Part shown: in pieces, positions 57,846 through 60,797 of the stretch
Layout: every line of letters starts with the position of its first letter
How positions within the stretch are numbered: the first letter of the stretch is position 1
Assembly: GCA_001724265.1 (NCBI GenBank)
Contig: MEDY01000155.1
Location: 1 to 60,797 of the forward strand
DNA: 60,797 bases
Origin: Rhizaria sp. SCN 62-66
Lineage: Eukaryota
Reading direction: 5' to 3'
Translations under genes and position numbers: made by a program
Notes under the pieces: generated by a model
What the model was told of the DNA's origin: nothing
Seen by the model: the letters and a program-made list of their open reading frames with translations, nothing else
Database searches by the model: none

Positions 57846-60797
57846 TTACGCCTGATATTGCGCCCGCAGCAGCCGCTTGCGCGCAGTCGCCGGCGACACA
57901 GCACGACGCTCCGCCCCAGCAGCCGCGGCATTGCCGTTGGTGTTGTCGGCAGGCGCAGCAGCAGCAGCGGCGGCAGCGGCGGTGGCTGCGAGCGCGGCGC
58001 TGGCAGCGCTCGAGTAGGCCTGTCGCGCCGCGCCCAGCGCGCTCGAGCCGCCGCCATTGCTGCCGCTATAGCCGCCGTAGACACTGCCGCTGCCGGTGCG
58101 AACGTGGCCCGCACCACCGCTGCTGCCGCCGTTGAGAGCGCCGTTGCCGTTGCCGTCGCCGAGCGCGCTGTGGCTGCTGATGCTCGCGGTGGCGGTCAGG
58201 TAGCCGTTACCGTTGCCGTAGCCGCCGCCCAGCGCGCTCGGCGCAACCGCATTGAGCGCGCCGTTGCCGTTGCCATAGCCGTTGCCGTTGCCGTGTGCGT
58301 CGGCGCGCGCGGAGTAGGCGTAGCCGGTGCCGTAGTCGGCGCCAAATGGGCTCGCGCTGCTGCCGTTGACGTTGCTGCCGCTGCTGCCGTCAGTTGCGCT
58401 GTAGTTGTTGAGCCCGTGCGTGTAGCCCTGCCCCGAGCCATGACGGGGACTGCGACTGGGGCCGTGACCGTGGTTGTGGTTGACCGACGGCGGCGGCGAG
58501 AGCGCGGCGCGCGCGGCGGCCACGCGGGCCGCGCGCGGCGACACCAGAGCCAACGCAGAGGCGGATGACGAGGAGACCGGGACGGCGCCGGGCGTCGTAG
58601 GCGTCGTGGGGTAGTTGGCGTTGCCGTTGCCGTTGCCGTTGCCGCCCGCAGTACTGCCCGCGATGTGGCCGCTGGCGTTGCCGCCACTGGGAGTGCGGAC
58701 GTGTGCGCCGGCATGAGCAGCACGGGTGCTGCTGCGCTGCGGCGTGTCGGCAGCGCCGGCGTCGTAGTTGCTACCCTCATACTGAACATCGCTGCCGTTG
58801 CCGCCAGTGCTGGTGCTGTGGGTGGCGGGCGCAAACGCGGAGACTGAGGCGGCGACGGACCGCGGCACGCGTGACGGCCCGCGGGCCGAGAACGGCGCCA
58901 TCGGCACTGCGCCGTGCCGAGAGCCGCCACCCACGCCGCCACCGACGCCGTTGCTAGTGCCGTTGCCGTTGCTAAGATTGTCGCTGCCAGTGAATGCGCT
59001 GTGCCGGTCGCTGGCGCGGGCCGTCATGGGGACTCCACCGTGCGTGCCGTGCGCCGACGACGACACGCGCGCAGCGGCCGGAGTCGCGGCAGCGTTAGCA
59101 TAGGCAGCATTGACAGAAGCGTGGGCAGATGGTGTGCTGCTGACAGGGTTGTTGTGGGTGCGCGAGGGCGGCGACGCGGGGTCGAGGTTCACGCGCAGTC
59201 TGCCCGCCGCCGCGTTGCCGCCGTACACACTGTCGGACACTGCGCCGGCGCCGCTGCCTGTGGTCGCGTTCGCGGCGGCGGGGGAGGTTGGCGAGCGTCG
59301 CGGTGAGTAGATGCCGAACGCGCCACCAGTCACAGGCCCAATGTGCGCGGCCGCTGACTCGGCCTCAACAGATGCAGCAGAGGTCGCGAACGTGTCGCCG
59401 CCGTCGCTGTCCTCGTCCTCGTTCTCAGCTGCAGCAGCGCTCACAGCCGCAGCGGCCACCGTCGCAGGCCCGGTGGCCGCGCGGCCGGTGGTGGGCATGG
59501 CGGGGGGAATGTAGAGCACGCGGCCCACGGTCGCCAGAGGCTCGTGGGTCAGCATCCCGCCGAAGTCTCCGCCCACACTCGCGCTCGCGCCGAGGCCCGC
59601 GCTAGCCCTGAGGCCAGCGGCACTGAAGCCGCCCGAGGCCGCGGCGGCGACGCGGGCGTCGGCGGCGGCACGGACGGCGCGCTCGCGCGCGTCGAGCTTG
59701 TCGTAGGCAAGCCGGTCCAGGTCGATGTTCATGGCCAGCGTGCGGCGCAGGTGATCCAGCGCCGTCTGCTTCGCCGCCAGAACGGCCATGAGCTGTTCCA
59801 CGGCCGCCGCGTGCCGGCCCTCGAGCTCGCGCACGGCCGCGGCGTGCGCGCGCTCGGTCTGCGCCAGCTTGCCCTCCCACGCGCGGCGGTCCTGCAGCGC
59901 GCGCGCAAGCTCGCCGTCACGCGCCGCCTCGCTCGCGGCGGCGGTGGCGCGCTCGCGGGCGCGCGCGTCGGCCTCGGCAGAGCGCGCGGCGGCGTCATGC
60001 GCGTCGGCCAGCGCGCGCACCTCGGCCTCGTGCTGCGCGATGAGCCGTGCTAGCTCGGCCTCGTGCGCCAGCCGCTCGCGCCGCAGCTCGTCCACCGCCG
60101 CGTCGGTCTCGGCGCGGCCTTGCGCGCGCTGCGCACGCAGAGCGGCGTCCCACTCGCGTTCGCGCGCGGCCGCCGCGTCCTCGAGGGCCGCCGTCGCCGC
60201 GCGCACGCGCTCCTCGGAGTCGCCGGCCGCCGCGCGCAGGTCAGCGGCGCGCGCGGCCTCGACGGCCCGCAGCGCGCGGTCGGCCGCCGCCAGCCGGTCC
60301 TCGTACTCGAGCCGGAGGCGGCGAGCCGCGTCCTCGGCCTCGGCGCGCGCGGCGCGGGCGCGCTCGCCGGCTTGCAGCACGGCCTCGCGCGCTGCGGCGT
60401 CAGCTGCCGCGCACGCCGCGTCGGCGTCGCCCCGCTGCGCCCGCGTTGCAGCCTCGCCCTGGCGCGCAGCCGCCTCGGCCTCGGCCGCGCGCGTGTCAGC
60501 GGCGCGCAGGCGCAGCTCCAGCGCGCGGCGCTCCTCGGCAAAGCGCGCGACGGCCTCCTCAGCGGCGTCGGCAGCGGCGGCGCGGGCAGTCGCCACGCGC
60601 ACGTCGGCGTCGTGCCGCTCCTCGTCCACGGCTGCGGCGCGCTCCAGTGCCAGCGCGGCTTCACGCTCGCGCAGCGCGGCGCGCGCGTCGGCGGCGGCCG
60701 CGGCGGCCTCGGCGCGCACAGCGGCCACGCGCCCCGCCTCGGTTTCGGCCGCTGCGGCGCGCGCGGCGGCGGCCTCCTCGCGCGCCGCCGCCAGCGC
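57846..60797 (-). CDS. Coiled-coil protein with an Asn/Gly/Ser-rich disordered tail; 5' end beyond the window
   Basis: Frame open from the right edge to TAA at 57846-48. Long Ala/Glu/Arg heptad-like region followed by NG(Y) repeats. Confidence 0.8.
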   Translation of the reverse strand, partial: ALAAAREEAAAARAAAAETEAGRVAAVRAEAAAAAADARAALREREAALALERAAAVDEERHDADVRVATARAAAADAAEEAVARFAEERRALELRLRAADTRAAEAEAAARQGEAATRAQRGDADAACAAADAAAREAVLQAGERARAARAEAEDAARRLRLEYEDRLAAADRALRAVEAARAADLRAAAGDSEERVRAATAALEDAAAAREREWDAALRAQRAQGRAETDAAVDELRRERLAHEAELARLIAQHEAEVRALADAHDAAARSAEADARARERATAAASEAARDGELARALQDRRAWEGKLAQTERAHAAAVRELEGRHAAAVEQLMAVLAAKQTALDHLRRTLAMNIDLDRLAYDKLDARERAVRAAADARVAAAASGGFSAAGLRASAGLGASASVGGDFGGMLTHEPLATVGRVLYIPPAMPTTGRAATGPATVAAAAVSAAAAENEDEDSDGGDTFATSAASVEAESAAAHIGPVTGGAFGIYSPRRSPTSPAAANATTGSGAGAVSDSVYGGNAAAGRLRVNLDPASPPSRTHNNPVSSTPSAHASVNAAYANAAATPAAARVSSSAHGTHGGVPMTARASDRHSAFTGSDNLSNGNGTSNGVGGGVGGGSRHGAVPMAPFSARGPSRVPRSVAASVSAFAPATHSTSTGGNGSDVQYEGSNYDAGAADTPQRSSTRAAHAGAHVRTPSGGNASGHIAGSTAGGNGNGNGNANYPTTPTTPGAVPVSSSSASALALVSPRAARVAAARAALSPPPSVNHNHGHGPSRSPRHGSGQGYTHGLNNYSATDGSSGSNVNGSSASPFGADYGTGYAYSARADAHGNGNGYGNGNGALNAVAPSALGGGYGNGNGYLTATASISSHSALGDGNGNGALNGGSSGGAGHVRTGSGSVYGGYSGSNGGGSSALGAARQAYSSAASAALAATAAAAAAAAAPADNTNGNAAAAGAERRAVSPATARKRLLRAQYQA
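58130..58380 (-). repeat. Coding (AACGGC)n-type repeats: NGNGYG and GNGNGALN units
   Basis: Recurrent gccgttgccgtt on the plus strand; GNGNGALN occurs twice. Confidence 0.8.

Noticed and set aside
1-60797. TAG-containing genes as pseudogenes or sequencing errors
   Set aside because: All nine interruptions are TAG, with no TAA, TGA or frameshift; catalytic motifs are intact in the hydrolase and OTU genes; and no gene ends in TAG.
1-60797. Ciliate-type code (UAA and UAG both Gln), pyrrolysine, or A-to-I editing of UAG to Trp
   Set aside because: TAA directly follows the terminal motifs KDEL and CTIL and is never in frame. The poly-Gln contexts do not suit Trp or Pyl, and no Pyl machinery is visible in this eukaryotic window.
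1-60797. tRNA-Gln(CUA), rRNA, CRISPR arrays or transposons
   Set aside because: No cloverleaf with a T-loop consensus, no regular repeat-spacer array and no transposase or reverse transcriptase motifs were seen by eye. A tRNAscan-SE/Infernal run is needed to exclude RNA genes formally.

Overview
Gene-dense nuclear DNA from a GC-rich eukaryote, probably a flagellated protist (CFAP298) with translating mitochondria (MRM1 with a presequence). There are about 19 protein-coding genes separated by short AT-rich spacers, with 14 GT-AG introns of 123-391 nt. Recognisable genes: a PME-1-like alpha/beta hydrolase, a DHHC palmitoyltransferase, PPIL3, calreticulin, an OTU deubiquitinase, CFAP298, a Tul1-like RING E3, DCC1, MRM1, PIG-H, RED/IK and RAB5IF, plus several orphans. 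Main finding: the sequence appears to use a non-standard nuclear code in which TAG is a sense codon, most likely Gln, while TAA and TGA remain stops. Nine in-frame TAGs interrupt four otherwise intact genes, four of them inside poly-Gln tracts. All 18 gene ends I could define use TGA (12) or TAA (6), never TAG. The supplied ORF track therefore fragments these four genes. Secondary observations: a near-invariant GTACG splice donor, very large low-complexity insertions inside conserved domains, divergent gene pairs spaced about 320 bp apart, and a helical-repeat protein fused to a degenerate cyclophilin domain. I found no tRNA, rRNA, CRISPR array or transposon. All family calls are motif recognition by eye, not database searches.
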